From the NCBI GenBank assembly GCA_951406725.2, contig OX597833.1, positions 46,872,001 through 46,936,000 of the forward strand: a DNA stretch of 64,000 bases. The letters run 5' to 3'. The DNA is from Octopus vulgaris. Taxonomy: Eukaryota. The notes beneath the pieces are model-generated. The model was not told the origin of the DNA. It worked only from the letters and a program-made list of their open reading frames with translations, and did not search any database. The position numbers and the translations under genes were made by a program. Shown here piece after piece: positions 1 through 12,640 of this stretch; within the stretch, counting starts at the first letter, position 1; each line of letters starts with the position of its first letter.

Positions 1-478
1 AGTGATTTGAACCAGCAAGTGTTAATGTATGTGATAAATACACCTGGTCGTTCTCAGTTGAATCTAGTTTATTGTCATTGACAATGAAGTGTGTGACTTT
101 TTAAATGACAGGTAATTATTGCACATAATAATTAAGATACCTTTCTTGTCCTTCGCCTTTGTTCTCAACTTTTCAAACCATTATAGTGCTATGAGATGGA
201 AAATTGTTACAAGGCTGAGAGGTTTGGTCCCACAATTAAAACACTCACTTCACTAAGCTGCTGTTTAGCCCTAGCTCAACTCTCATCTGGGACACTATGG
301 CTGATCAGAGTTATTCCTGCTGTGAATATCTTGCATAGACTATCTTGCCTATCTTGCATTTTTTGTAAGAACCTGAGCATCTAATGCAATGGTCCTCAAT
401 CAGGTTCCATATGACTCTTAGGGTCATATACAAGATTTTGCTGTTATAAAATAATGTGCAATAAATTGGTTACACTTC

Positions 479-653
479 TAGGCATAGGAGTGGCTGTGTG
501 GTAAGTAGCTTGCTTATGAACCACATGGTTCCAGGTTCAGTCCCACTGTGTGACACCTTGGGCAAGTGTCTTCTACTATAGCCTCGGGCCAACCAAAGCC
601 TTGTGAGTGGATTTGGTGGACGGAAACTGAAAGAAGCCCGTCATATATATGTG

Positions 654-702
<49 letters not shown>

Positions 703-775
703 GTGTGTGTATATGTTTGTGTATCTGTGTTTGTCCCCCCAACATCGCTTGACAACCGATGCTGGTGTGTTTACA
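479..775 (+). mobile_element. SINE family A, 3'-truncated
   Basis: tRNA-like head (TGGCTGTGTGG A-box-like, GGTTCAGTCCC B-box-like), central (TA)n/(TG)n tract; same sequence in about 25 copies in the window. Confidence 0.9.
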
Positions 776-777
776 AA

Positions 778-898
778 TAGAGACTCGGACATTGCTTAGA
801 AAATATTTTTCACTTTTAACCTCGTATATAATACGCACTAGGGATTTTGACCTTTAAATTTTGGGGAAAAAATGCGGATTATACGCGAGGATTTATGG
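778..898. mobile_element. Right end of a Tc2/pogo-like DNA transposon or MITE
   Basis: Ends TATACGCGAGGATTTATGG then TA; reverse complement CCATAAATCCTCGCGTATA resembles Tc2-type TIRs; internal CCTCGTATATAAT subterminal repeat. Confidence 0.5.
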
Positions 899-1702
899 TA
901 CACAGCATTTGAAACTGGAACGATGTGATTGAAAAAATGAACCTGTTAACCACATCGCTGAGCTAGGATTACGATCATGATGGTGATGATGACAACAGTG
1001 ATAAAACATTCCTCCACATCTTGGGGTAGTGAGGAATGTTGGGGGTGGAAGTGAATGGGACCTTTCTAGTATCTCATAACCTAGATATATTTCTTTTCAC
1101 AATTAAAGGAATAGAAGAAAAACAAAAGAAGGAGGAAGGGGGTGCCTGGGCATTAATCAAGCCGCATTGAGGAGATTAATATAATAAACACTAAACTGAT
1201 AGAGACTACTACAAACAGGTTTCCATGTTGTTTAGTTTGGTAGATTTAAATATACACCACAGCTGAGAGAAAAAAAAAATTACTTTCTATAGCAATTCTA
1301 TAGCAATCAATTTAATTTTCTTTTTTTTTTTTTGCTTTTTTGTTTTTTGCCATTTTTATTAGTGTCTAAAAATTAGTTGAAATCCAAGCATTTTTTCCCT
1401 CACACCTACATAAACGTACTGAAAAAGAAGAAATCAAAATAAAAGTAATTAATAATAATAATAAAACAAAACAGGATGACACTGATAAATTCTATGTACA
1501 GATTACATGTTTCTTAGTACAGGACGTAAAGGGAAATATAAAACCTTCAAGATGAATGAGTTCACTATAAAAGTACGCATGGTTCTTATGTGGTTATATA
1601 AGAAAGAATCCAGGTGCTTTAGTCATTCATCTCAGTCTCCACGGACAAACAATGAATGGCTTCTGTCTTCTATTCTATTCTTACTGATGTTAGTCAGTCC
1701 AA

Positions 1703-2100
1703 TGTGGAAGCGCAATGGCCCAGTGGTTAGGGCAGCGGACTCGCGGTCATAGGATCGCGGTTTCGAATCCCAGACCGGGTGTTGTGAGTGTTTATTGAGA
1801 AAACACCTTAAAGCTCCACGAGGCTCCGGCAGGGATGGTGGTGATCCCTGCCGTACTCTTTCACCACAACTTTCTCTCACTCTTACTTCCTGTTTCTGTT
1901 GTACCTGTATTTCAAGGGGCCGGCCTTGTCACTCTCTGTGTAACACTGAATATCCCCGAGAACTACGTTAAGGGTGCACGTGTCTGTGGAGTGCTCAGCC
2001 ACTTACACGTTAATTTCACGAGCAGGCTGTTCCGTTGATTCGGATCAACCGGAACCCTCATCGTCGTAACCGATGGAGTGCTAGAAAGAAAGATAGAAAA
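1703..2100 (+). mobile_element. SINE family C (tRNA-derived head), full length
   Basis: TGGCCCAGTGG and GGTTTCGAATCCC boxes; 11-bp TSD AGTCAGTCCAA at 1692-1702 and 2101-2111; near-identical copy at 15621-16008. Confidence 0.92.
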
Positions 2101-2275
2101 AGTCAGTCCAACACGGCCATGCTGGAGCATTGCCTTAAATCGACCCCAAGTATTCTTTTCTTTTTTTTTTTTTTTCTTGAAGTCCAGTACTTGATTTATC
2201 AACAACTTTTCGCCAAACTGCTAAGTTACAAGGACATAATCAAACCAACACCAGTTATCGAATGGTAGGGGAACT

Positions 2276-2506
2276 GGTGGAAAGCTGGCAGAAACGTTAG
2301 CATGCCGGGCGAAATGCTTAACGGTATTTTGTCTGCAATTACGTTGTGAGTTCAAATTCCGCCGAGGTCAACTTTGCCTTTCATCCTTTCGGGGTTGATA
2401 AATTAAGTACCAGTTACGCAGTGGGGTCGATGTAATCGACTTAATACCTATGTCTGTCCTTGTTTGCCCCCTCTGTGTTTAGCCCCTTGTGGGTAATAAA
2501 GAAATA
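2276..2506 (+). mobile_element. SINE family B (tRNA-like head, Meta/Sauria-like central motif)
   Basis: GAGTTCAAATTCC B-box, GCCTTTCATCCTTTCGGGGTYGATAAA motif, AAGAAATA tail; imperfect TSD GGTA(A)GGGGAAC. Confidence 0.9.
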
Positions 2507-4346
2507 GGTAAGGGGAACAACCCAAAGATGTGCGCACACACACACACACACACTGAACAACCTTTCACACAATTTCCTTCAATGAACTTCAGTTGTTGAT
2601 TACCCTGGGGCAATAGGAAAAGACACTTACTCAAGGTGGAGCTCCTTGGAACTGAACCTGAAGCTACATGCTTACAAAATACACTTCTTAACTGCACAGC
2701 CATGTCTGCACACACACACACACATATATATATATATTAATATATATATATTCGGTTGTATAATGTAAATATATATATTAATATATATAAATATATATAT
2801 TAATGTGTATAATGTAAATATATTTGGTTGTTCATTTTTACATCCAAAATTCTATGCTAGCATGGGTTAGACAAATGTATATTATACACTCACAACAGGT
2901 TTCAGTACAGTTTCTGCCCACCAAATTTTTTTGATAGGTTTTAGTTAGTCTAAGGCTAAGGTAGAAAAATACTTGCCCCAAAATGCTGTGCAGAAAGATT
3001 AAACAAGGAAAACTACGTAAGACATGATCAAAACTTCTTAACCAGATAACTATGTCTGTTCTGAGTTATTTATGTATTTAATTTTGCTTTTAGTGAGCAT
3101 AAGATGTATGTATAAAAAGGACAAAAGTATAGAAGTTAATGTTATGTGGATAGTCAATAGTTGCATAACAGGAATGGTGGTCAGTGTGGTATTTTAAATA
3201 GTTCAACTGACCTAGTATAAACACTTCAAGTGCTCTTGTACAAAAATCAAAAGACTTTGGTTTATGGAGAGAAGTGGACAGATTTTTATGAAAAAAACAC
3301 TAGTTAACCAAGTAATGTCATAGTTTTTTTTCAAAGAACTATACACTTTCTGCTGAGTATAAAACAGCATGACTGTCAACTAGAATTGTTTATTCACAAA
3401 ACTAGTAATTGTGCTATGAAATTCTTACATTCTCTCAATTTCCTGTAATTCAGACTGCCCCATGGTCTCAACAAACAAAATGGAAAAGGTATTTCCCTGG
3501 AGAATGGTAAGGGAGATGTGCTGAATGGAGATGCACTGCATTTCAAAGAATGCTTGGTTATTCTTCTTAACAAGGCTTAAGATTTTTGTCAAATTGTTTG
3601 TGATGAAGTTAGCCCTAGTCGGGGCCAGGTGAGGCATGGATTGTGCAGACCTACAGAATTCTCAGTAGTTCTATTTAGAACAAACTCCACCTTAAGATAT
3701 ACAATGTAGAAAGTGTAAGTTTTAAACTTGGCTTCAACAGGCTTTAGAATACACCAAAAGTTTTCTCTTTTAAATCAATTTTTGTGAACCTATGGATAAA
3801 TCAAAAATTCATGTTAATGGCTTGTTAACATCATGGTATTAGATGCAATAGGAAGTGAGGTGATCCACACACTACTAAAAGAATATGAGGATAATAGAAG
3901 GAACACACAAAACCTCCAGCTCAGCACTTGGAGAGGTAAGTGAATACCAGCCAGTACCACAAGTTGCTGGATTGATGATTCTGTAAAGATGCTTTAAGTA
4001 TGCTTCAAGCCATACATTCAGGTGGATATCAACATCAACTTTATTACTATTATTATTACTGTGTTATATTGTGCCTTACACTAGCAAACATCTGAAAAGG
4101 TGGGAGCATTAACTATTTTGCTTCTTGGGGAATGAATGCATTCTCATGACCAAAAGGTCCTTGTGAGTGAAACTAAGTGTTGAAGGAAAATGTACAGAAG
4201 CCCACTGGATGGATTATACAAGTAATTCAATGCTATAGCACCATCACACACACACACACACACACACATGCATGCAAACACACACATGCATGCAAACACA
4301 CACACACACACTGTCAAACTGATTCTGCCCAAGGATTACATTAAGG

Positions 4347-4756
4347 TGGCGAGCTGGCAGAATCGTTAGCACGCCAGGCAAAATGCTTAGCAGTATTTCG
4401 TCTGCCGCTATGTTCTGAGTTCAAATTCTGCCTTTGAAATTGAACTCACGTCGACTTTGCCTTTCATCCTTTCGGGGTCGATTAAATAAGTACCAGTTAC
4501 ACACTGGGGTCGATATAATCAACTTAATCCGTTTGTCCTTGTTTGTCCTCTCTGTGTTTAGCCCCTTGTGGGTAGTAAAGAAATAGGTATTTCGTCTCCC
4601 GATACGTTCCGAGTTCAAATTCCGCCGAGGTCGACTTTGCCTTTCATCCTTTCGGGGTCGATTAAATTAAGTACCAGTTATATTAATCGACTTAATCCAT
4701 TTGTCTGTCCTTGTTTGTCCTCTCTGTGTTTAGCCCCTTGTGGGTAGTAAAGAAAT
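4347..4756 (+). mobile_element. SINE family B, tandem dimeric body
   Basis: Body repeated with junction AAGAAATA|GGTATTTCGTCT near 4586; 15-bp TSD AGGATTACATTAAGG at 4332-4346 and 4757-4771. Confidence 0.9.
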
Positions 4757-5477
4757 AGGATTACATTAAGGGTTGAGGTGTCTACGAAATACTCAACCAT
4801 TTATGTGCCGAATCAATGAGCAAGTAATTCAATTGACTGGACAACTCAATACTCACTGTCAAAACTAATGGAGATCCTTTTATTTAAATTTGTATAACAG
4901 AACCAATTACTCGACTTTTATATGATAAAAAGCCATCCATCAACAAGCAATCAGCTCTATTGATGACATTACCAAAATAATCCTGATGGATTCCCATCAA
5001 TAACATATTTTTCTCTTTTTGTGATTAAAGCTATAATTGAAAACCAATTCTGAATGCTTCACCAATATCTCTCTAAACACAAGAGTAGTTTTCTTTGCTT
5101 TGGTAATTTTTATTTTATTTTATTTTTATTATTATTATTATTATTTATTTATTTTTTTTCAAAGAAATTCTGATACAAACTTCACCCTGGCCCTACCAAT
5201 ATCATTTCGGATTGCTAAAACACTTGACTTCTATTTAGATGGACGGCCACTCACACTGCCACCTCACTAACAGTCACCTGTCTAAGTACCAGCCTTAGCT
5301 TGGCACTGCCTTATCTTCAGCAATCTGATGGCAGGGAAACCAGCCAGTAGCTTACTGTGCCAATTACCACTGCTAGTCAATAAATTACTCATGTAGAAAA
5401 ACCAAAAAAAAAAACACTACTGCACTAAATTTGGTCAGTTACATACTGAAATACATACGTGCAGTGATAAACTGGCA

Positions 5478-6230
5478 CATTTAAAAAAATTTGTATAAAC
5501 TATGCCAACTTACAATCTTCTCATTGGTTATTTCCATAAAAGGTAGCTTCTAGAACTAGAACTAGAAACACATAAAGGAAACACAGACTGTGAACTGAGA
5601 GTTCCTCTATGTGGTTGTTTTACTTTCTAAAAATAGCAACCAAATTTTCCTTAAATCAAACCCACGCTGTCTCAGAGAAGAACACGTTGGATAATATGGT
5701 CCTGGACTTCCTGTGAATAAGAATAAGACAGAAAGGTCATGGTTGGAATGCCTTTGATCAAGCAGGGCTGACTTGGGGTTAAACAACCAAGCCAGTAAAG
5801 GAACCTCTACAAGGTTGCTATCTCTGCTAGAAATAGCAACCAAATATGCTGACCCATTTAAAAATTTTTGTATAAACTATGCCAACTTTCAATCTTCTCA
5901 TTGGTTATTTCCATAAAAGGTAGCTTCTAGCACTAGAAACAGGAACACATAAAGGAAATACAGATTAGACTGTGAACTGAGGGTTCCTCTATGTGGTTGT
6001 TTTACTTTCTAAAAATAGCAACCAAATTTTCCTTAAATAAAACCCATGCTGTCTTAGAGAAGAACACGTTGGATAATATGGTCCTGGACTTCCTGTGAAT
6101 AAGAATAAGACAGAAAGGTCATGGTTGGAATACCTTTGATCAAGCAGGGCTGACTTGGGGTTAAACAACCAAGCCAGTAAAGGAACCCCTACATGGTTGC
6201 TATCTCTGCTAAAAATAACAACCAAATATG
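5478..6230. repeat. Tandem duplication of about 380 bp (5478-5847 / 5856-6230) including an old dispersed repeat
   Basis: Two nearly identical units readable directly; they also give near-identical ORF translations at 5607-5843 and 5989-6225. Confidence 0.92.
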
Positions 6231-7453
6231 TCTCAAATCACACCCTATTATTTTTAAAAAGTAGAGGAGGGTATAATGAAAAGACATTGGTCATAAAATG
6301 TTTTTACTGTTCTGCCCCATAAAAATCCTTCAAAAAGAAGTTGGTTTTTTTTTTGGGTTTTTTTTTAAAGAAAATGGCCCTAGTCTTTATGTTTAGCTTA
6401 TTTTTCATTTGTGAAAATCTCAAATGGCTAAAATTAGTAATCATATTGTTAAAAAAGCTTAGTCATACATCTGATATCACTTTAATTTCAGTCTTGTCCC
6501 AGTGAGATGGGCATATTTTCCTAGTCTTGATCTTATTCAAAATAATCACTGCTATATTTATGTGAAAATGTTTGTTCAACTACAACAAGGTGTATGTAAA
6601 TGTTATATTAAACAGGTTATTTAAACCAGCTTTGCTTTTGAAATTGTCAAGCTAACTTATCAAGGGAAAGCTATTTTTGTTCGGCAATAATCACACACAT
6701 ACATACATATGCACACCATTACATGCACACACACAGACATTCCCAAACACATTCATCATTCATACAAACACAAAGAAACAATTCTCAAAATAAATTGAAA
6801 CACAGTAACAATCTTAAACACAATATTGTTTGGGGTTTTCTTTCTCTTCTTTTTTTTTTGTGGGGGGGCTATTTTTTTCTTTTTTCTTTTCATATCCTTG
6901 AGAACTTTGAAGCAACTCTTTTGGAAAAATTTTTAGGATCATAAAAATTTGATGACATCTATTTATTTCAGTACATTAGGAAAGTGCCTTTTACTGTAGC
7001 CCTGGGCTAACCAAAGCCTTGTGGGTGGGTTTTGACAGAGAGAAATTAAAATACCAAGCATGTATGTATTTACCATTGTCAATAGTCTATCAGGTGTGAG
7101 AGAGATGGTTCAGCAATTTCATGCTAAACAACCTGCACAGGTGACTTGTTTGTAGAGATCAGATGTTTGTGTTGCACATACGTCCACTCCTTCTATCAAA
7201 TCAACATTGCCTGTACAGGTGCACAGTGTGTCAAAGGTCAAAGTGACTGAGATGAAGAGTTTTGCTCAAGAACACAACACACCGTCTGGTTTGGGAATTG
7301 AACCCAGGATCTCGTTACAATAATGAGTGAAAAACTCTAACCACTAGACCATGCACTCATGTGTGTGTGTATGTGTGTGTGTGATGCCTGTTGCTTAGGG
7401 AGTGCACTGGACAGCAATATGCCCTCAATGGTGCACACTCAGATTAACAGTGA

Positions 7454-7846
7454 TAGGCGCAGGAGTGGCTGTGTGGTAAGTAGCTTGTTTACCAACCACA
7501 TGGTTCCGGGTTCAGTCCCACTGCGTGACACTTTGGGCAAGTGTCTTCTACTATAGCCTCAGGCCGACCAAAGCCTTGTGAGTGGATTTGGTAGACGGAA
7601 ACTGAAAGAAGCCCGTCGTATATATGATATGTATATATATATATATGTGTCTGTTTTTGTCCCCCCAACATTACTTGACAACCGATGCTGGTGTGTTTAT
7701 GTCCCAGTAACTTAGCGGTTCGGCAAAGAGACCGATAGAATAAGTACTAGGCTTACAAAGAATAAGTCCTGGGGTCGATTTGCTCGACTAAAGGCAGTGC
7801 TCCAGCATGGCCACAGTCAAAGGACTGAAACAAGTAAAAGAGTAAA
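7454..7846 (+). mobile_element. SINE family A, full length
   Basis: Head TAGGCGCAGGAGTGGCTGTGTGG through tail GACTGAAACAAGTAAAAGAGTAAA. Confidence 0.93.
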
Positions 7847-8186
7847 TGTCTGCGTATGTGTCCTTTATACAAATCCACAATTTTTCAGTTAGAGGGCTCG
7901 CACTTTCTATGGTCATTCAAAACCGTCCAAGGGTGGTCGTGCACATCTTTACATTTCCCCAGTCACCCCGCAAAGCCATTAAAAAATCAATAGAAGTGAC
8001 TTTTTTGTGAATTTTCTATCCAAAACCCAATCAAAATGCCCGAAACCTGATACGCCAATTGAATGCCAGCTAGCTGTATGTGATTGGTCGGTGATTTGGA
8101 CAGTACTCATGTGTATGTGCGCACGCACGCAGCTGTATATGCATGCACTAGCAGTATGACCCTGCGTTGCTGGGTCATAGTGCTAG
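7847..8186 (+). mobile_element. Non-autonomous Helitron-like element (3' end clear, 5' end uncertain)
   Basis: Hairpin TATGACCC-TGCGTTGCT-GGGTCATA followed by CTAG|T at 8183-8187. Confidence 0.65.
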
Positions 8187-8330
8187 TACATAATAAAGCA
8201 TTAAGGAAATCCAGCTCTGTTTTATTTTCTTGTGAAGTACTATTCAAGAGTAATGTCTTCAGCAGTGCCATAATGACCTGAGTAACAGAATAAGACTATT
8301 CTTATATGAGGCCCAGTCTTTATTGCCAAC

Positions 8331-8388
8331 GGATATTTGTCCTCAAGATGAGGACAAATATCCATCGAATGTAAATAATGTAAACAAT
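8331..8388. mobile_element. Fold-back remnant of the Penelope-like repeat seen at 63830-64000
   Basis: Perfect 15-bp IR GGATATTTGTCCTCA-AGA-TGAGGACAAATATCC, continuing ATCGAATGTAAATAATGTA; matches the reverse complement of 63858-63895. Confidence 0.75.
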
Positions 8389-9666
8389 GATCTGGTGCTT
8401 TGATTTTATTCTGTAAGTATATTATGCAAACAGTATATACAGGTAAATACTAATAACCCATTTGTAAATCATATGTAGTAATTACTAAAATACTGAGTAG
8501 TCTGAAATGGGAGCTTACATGATACATCCAGCCTGGGTCTATTATCAATAGAAATGGCAGTGGGGCAACTGACATTTTATATCTGACCTGGGCCCATTAC
8601 TAGCTTTGTATAGGTACACTAGTAACCACACTGCATCTCTTTAGTCACTGCAACAGTACTGAAAACCAGCAGCAACCATTAAACAGCTAATGCTGTATCT
8701 CTTGCCACAAGAACTATACTTAGTAAAATCCTACTAATATTCTAGTAACTATGACCAATTAACAAGCATCACTAAATCTTTTCAGACAATACTGATACTA
8801 AGATACCATTGCATAACAGTATCTCTCTTTAGTATCAGCAATGTGATAAGAAGATATCACAAGTTCATTAGTAATTGCAAATATTGAACGGTCAACACTA
8901 TAACTCTTCAGTCACAACAATTGTATTAATTCTTTTGTTACCATATTTCTGCTAAAATAAACTCGCTTTGTTATAATTAATTTTGAAAATAATACAGAAC
9001 TGAGTGAAACAGCTTTGTCATAATTAAGCTAACATTTGCAACATAAATTAACATGAAATTTTGATGTAAAGTTTTAATTAAGAGAATTTTAGAACGAGAT
9101 GCTTGTAATTACAGAACCAGGGGACAGTCTCAGGCGGGTTAAGATGCTACAGTTTGACTAGTAACAAAAACCACTACCAAACAGTCAACACTATACATCT
9201 TCAGTCACAATAATTACACTAACATGCTACAGGTTCAATAGTCACTACAGCCGCCGAACAGTCACCTACCTCTTTAGGTGCAACAACTGTACTAAGACAA
9301 CAGCAAGTTCATTACTAACTGCAACTACTTTAAATAAGAAACACTCTGTCATTGGGTATTGTTGTAGCCAGCTTTTAATTCAAACATGTTCACGTCAGTT
9401 TGAGTTGTCAAAGCTGGACTCTATTGTGTTTATTAACAAATATCATTTGCCAGAAAAGCATTTTATTTTTTTACTTTTTTTCACTAACGATGACTCATTA
9501 AAGTATGTAAGCAACCTCTCATTATTACAACAGGTTTGAAGTATTGTATGGTCAGCCAAAGTGGTAAGCTAGTAGACTACAAGCTCAAAACTTCCAAATA
9601 GAAGACAACTATAGGTATATTGTGATCTGTTTCTGAGGCTTCAATACTAAAGGTTACCTTGGTGTG

Positions 9667-9940
9667 AGAAACAAATTATAGGTGAAACTTTTAGTACATT
9701 TACTGATGGAAGAGACTTGTTACCTGTCTCAAAAATAATTTTGTAGCTCATTCACTCAGAGAAAACTTCTAGGAAATTTACTGATGAGAGAGATTTGTTG
9801 CCCTTCTCAAAAATAATTTTGTAGCTCATTCACTCAGAGAAACAAAATATTACTGAAACTTCTGGGAAATTTACTGATAAAGGAGACTTGTTACCTGTCC
9901 CAAAGAAAGTTTGTAGTTCATTCATTCCACAATACAAAAT
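9667..9940. repeat. Three-unit minisatellite (about 78-93 bp period)
   Basis: Repeated AAACTT..ATTTACTGAT..GAGACTTGTTACCTGTCTCAAAAATAATTTTGTAGCTCATTCA. Confidence 0.85.
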
Positions 9941-10452
9941 CTATAAAGTTTTGTTTAAGGATAAGTTAAATTTTTTTGTAGATTGTTCGGTAGTTATTTC
10001 CAAAGCCAATGATCTCTAATGCAATCTCCTTTTCATCACAGTAAATAAGAAATTATGTGGGGAAAAATAAACAAACAAGATTCTTTTCCATGCCTGCATG
10101 GATCTTATGAAACTTATTAAGGTAGGTTTTCTACAGCTGGGTGCCTTTCCTGTTGCTAACCCTCACCTGTTTCCAAAACGAGGTAATATTTCTCCTTGGA
10201 CAGACATTTATTCATTGAAGATGAATGGAAGTGAGTGCGTGACAGTGGCAATCATTCACAAGTATCACACAAAATCAAAACAGGGAGACACAAACAGCCA
10301 CTCAGACACACACACACACATGCAAAAAAGCATCATCATCATCATTTAACATCCACTTTTCCATGCTTGCATAAATCGGACAAAATCTGCTGAGGCAGAT
10401 TTTCTACAGCTTGATGCTCTTCCTGTCGCTAACCTTCACCTGTTTCCAAGCG

Positions 10453-10599
10453 AGTAGCTTGCTTACCAACCACATGGTTCCGGGTTCAGTCCCACTGCAT
10501 GGCACCTTGGGCAAGTGTCTTCTACTATAGCCTCGGGCCAACCAAAGCCTTGTGAGTGGATTTGGTAGACGGAAACTGAAAGAAGCCCGTCGTATGTAT

Positions 10600-10656
<57 letters not shown>

Positions 10657-10873
10657 GGGGTGTGTTTGTGTGTCTGTGTTTGTCCCCCTAGCATTGCTTG
10701 ACAACCGATGCTGGTGTGTTTATGTCCCCGTTACTTAGCGGTTCGGCAAAAGAGACCGATAGAATAAGTACTGGGCTTACAAAAGAATTAGTCCTGGGGT
10801 CGAGTTGCTCGATTAAAGGCGGTGCTCCAGCATGGGCGCAGTCAAATGACTGAAACAAGTAAAAGAGAGAGAG
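10453..10873 (+). mobile_element. SINE family A
   Basis: Matches family A consensus, 5' slightly truncated, (TA)n core. Confidence 0.9.
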
Positions 10874-11611
10874 ATTAAATTTTGATGAGCTAAAATGGTT
10901 TAAAATCTCTTACACTAAAATATAAGAAAAGATGATATTTGGACATTAAAAAGACAGAGAGCTGGCAGAGTTGTTAGCATGCTGGGCAAAATGTTTTGTC
11001 TTTATGTTCTGAGTTCAAATTCTTCCAAGGTTGACTTTGCCTTTTATTCTTTCGGGGTTGATAAAATAAGTACCAGTTGAGCACTGGGATTGATGCAATC
11101 AATTAGCCCCCTCTATACTCAAACATTTTCAATGCTGTATTCATTCATGGATCTAAATGCTGACACATGCCCATAGAAAGATGCTGGGGTTTAGTGTCAT
11201 CCCCCCACCATCACCACTTGTTTTATGATCTTTTACCAACTGGACTAACTCAATAACCTCAGTGGTGGTGGCCGTGGTAGTAGTGGTGGTTCTCTGTAAA
11301 ATAATCAACTATTTAATCCTTTGTACCAGCAGTATAATAAATATATCAACAAATGTGAGAAAAATAATCTTACAATAGGCTTGAGGGAGAGAGAGAGAAA
11401 GAGAGAAAGAGATAGAGAGCGAGTGTATGTGAAAAAGAAAATATGTGTGTACATATGAGAGAGAGTGGGAGTGAGTACAAAAGTGAGTAGAGGGATGGAT
11501 GAGTGAGTGGGTGGGAGTACAAGAGTGAGTGTGAGTGAGAGAGAGAGAAAATGTCTTTCAGCTCAGCTCTATGCTGTTTTTTTTTTTCTTCAACAAGGAA
11601 GCAAAGCTAAC

Positions 11612-12035
11612 AAGTTAAGTTAAGTTAATTTTTTGGCTCAAAAAGCAAGGCCATGTAGGGGGACATGGAGTTATGTACAGGGAGGGTGTTCATGCAAAGA
11701 GTTCAGGCCATTTGTGGTCAAGGGAGACTTTGAACCGAGCGGTCGTCGGCATCTTCACTAACTCGTCTGGCAGCTTATTCCACGGATCCGCAACCCGGAT
11801 GGAGAGAAAGCCCCTCTCCTTCGATTGAGATGAAATCGTCGCAGATAGAGCTTTTCGGAGTGACCCCACAGCCGACACTCTGGAGCAGGAGTGAAGAACA
11901 GCTCTTTTGAGAGGTTACACTTTCCGCTTATGATATTGTGAGCAAGAATGAGATCACCACAGCGGCGGCGTTTTTCTAGAGAATAAAGGTTGAGCGTCTT
12001 CAGCCTTTCTTCATAAGACAAATGCTTGAGACCAA
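11612..12035 (-). mobile_element. CR1-clade LINE 3' fragment (ORF2 C-terminus, frameshifted)
   Basis: SYEERLKTLNLYSLEKRRRCGDLI...GHSEKL...SIRVADPWNKLPDELV...FKVSLD typical of the CR1 ORF2 end; (TAACT)n tail at 11612-11626. Confidence 0.9.
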
Positions 12036-12239
12036 GAAGAGGAGAGCTCTAAATGTGATTACAACTGAGTTGCTAGAAATATCAGTCAAATCGCTCTCAA
12101 AGCATTTGGGGATGCACTGAATAGTGAAGTCTACTAGCCAAAAAAAAAAAAGAGACAGAGTGCTCACAGTTTGAATGCTTTTGATCATAAGTATTTTCAA
12201 TCAGGGCTGACCTGGGGCTAAACAACAACAATAATTGAT

Positions 12240-12640
12240 TTACTCCTTTACTTTTACTTGTTTCAGCCATTTGACTGTGGCCATGCTGGAGCACTGCCTT
12301 TATAGTCGAGCAAATCGACCCTAGAGTTTATACTTTGTAAGCCTAATACTTATTCTATCGGCCTCTTTTGCCGAACCGCTAAGTTACAGGGATGTAAATA
12401 CACCAGCATCGGTTGTCAAGCGATGCTGGGGGGGGGGGGGACAAACAGACACACAAACATATACACACACATACATATATATATATATACACACACATAT
12501 ATATATACACATATATATACACACACACACACACATATATATACACATATATATATACAAACACACGCATACACACGCACATATATATATACACACACAC
12601 ACACATATATATACACACACACACATATATATATACATAC
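12240..12640 (-). mobile_element. SINE family A 3' half plus expanded (TA/CA)n
   Basis: Reverse complement of family A tail region. Confidence 0.88.

Noticed and set aside
514-799. Recurrent ORF family (…VYQIHSQGFGRPEAIVEDTCPRCHAVG…) seen many times
   Set aside because: Translation of non-coding SINE A; open frames vary between copies.
1703-1780. tRNA-like sequence
   Set aside because: It is the head of SINE C (has a TSD, a body and multiple copies); no complete cloverleaf as a standalone tRNA gene.
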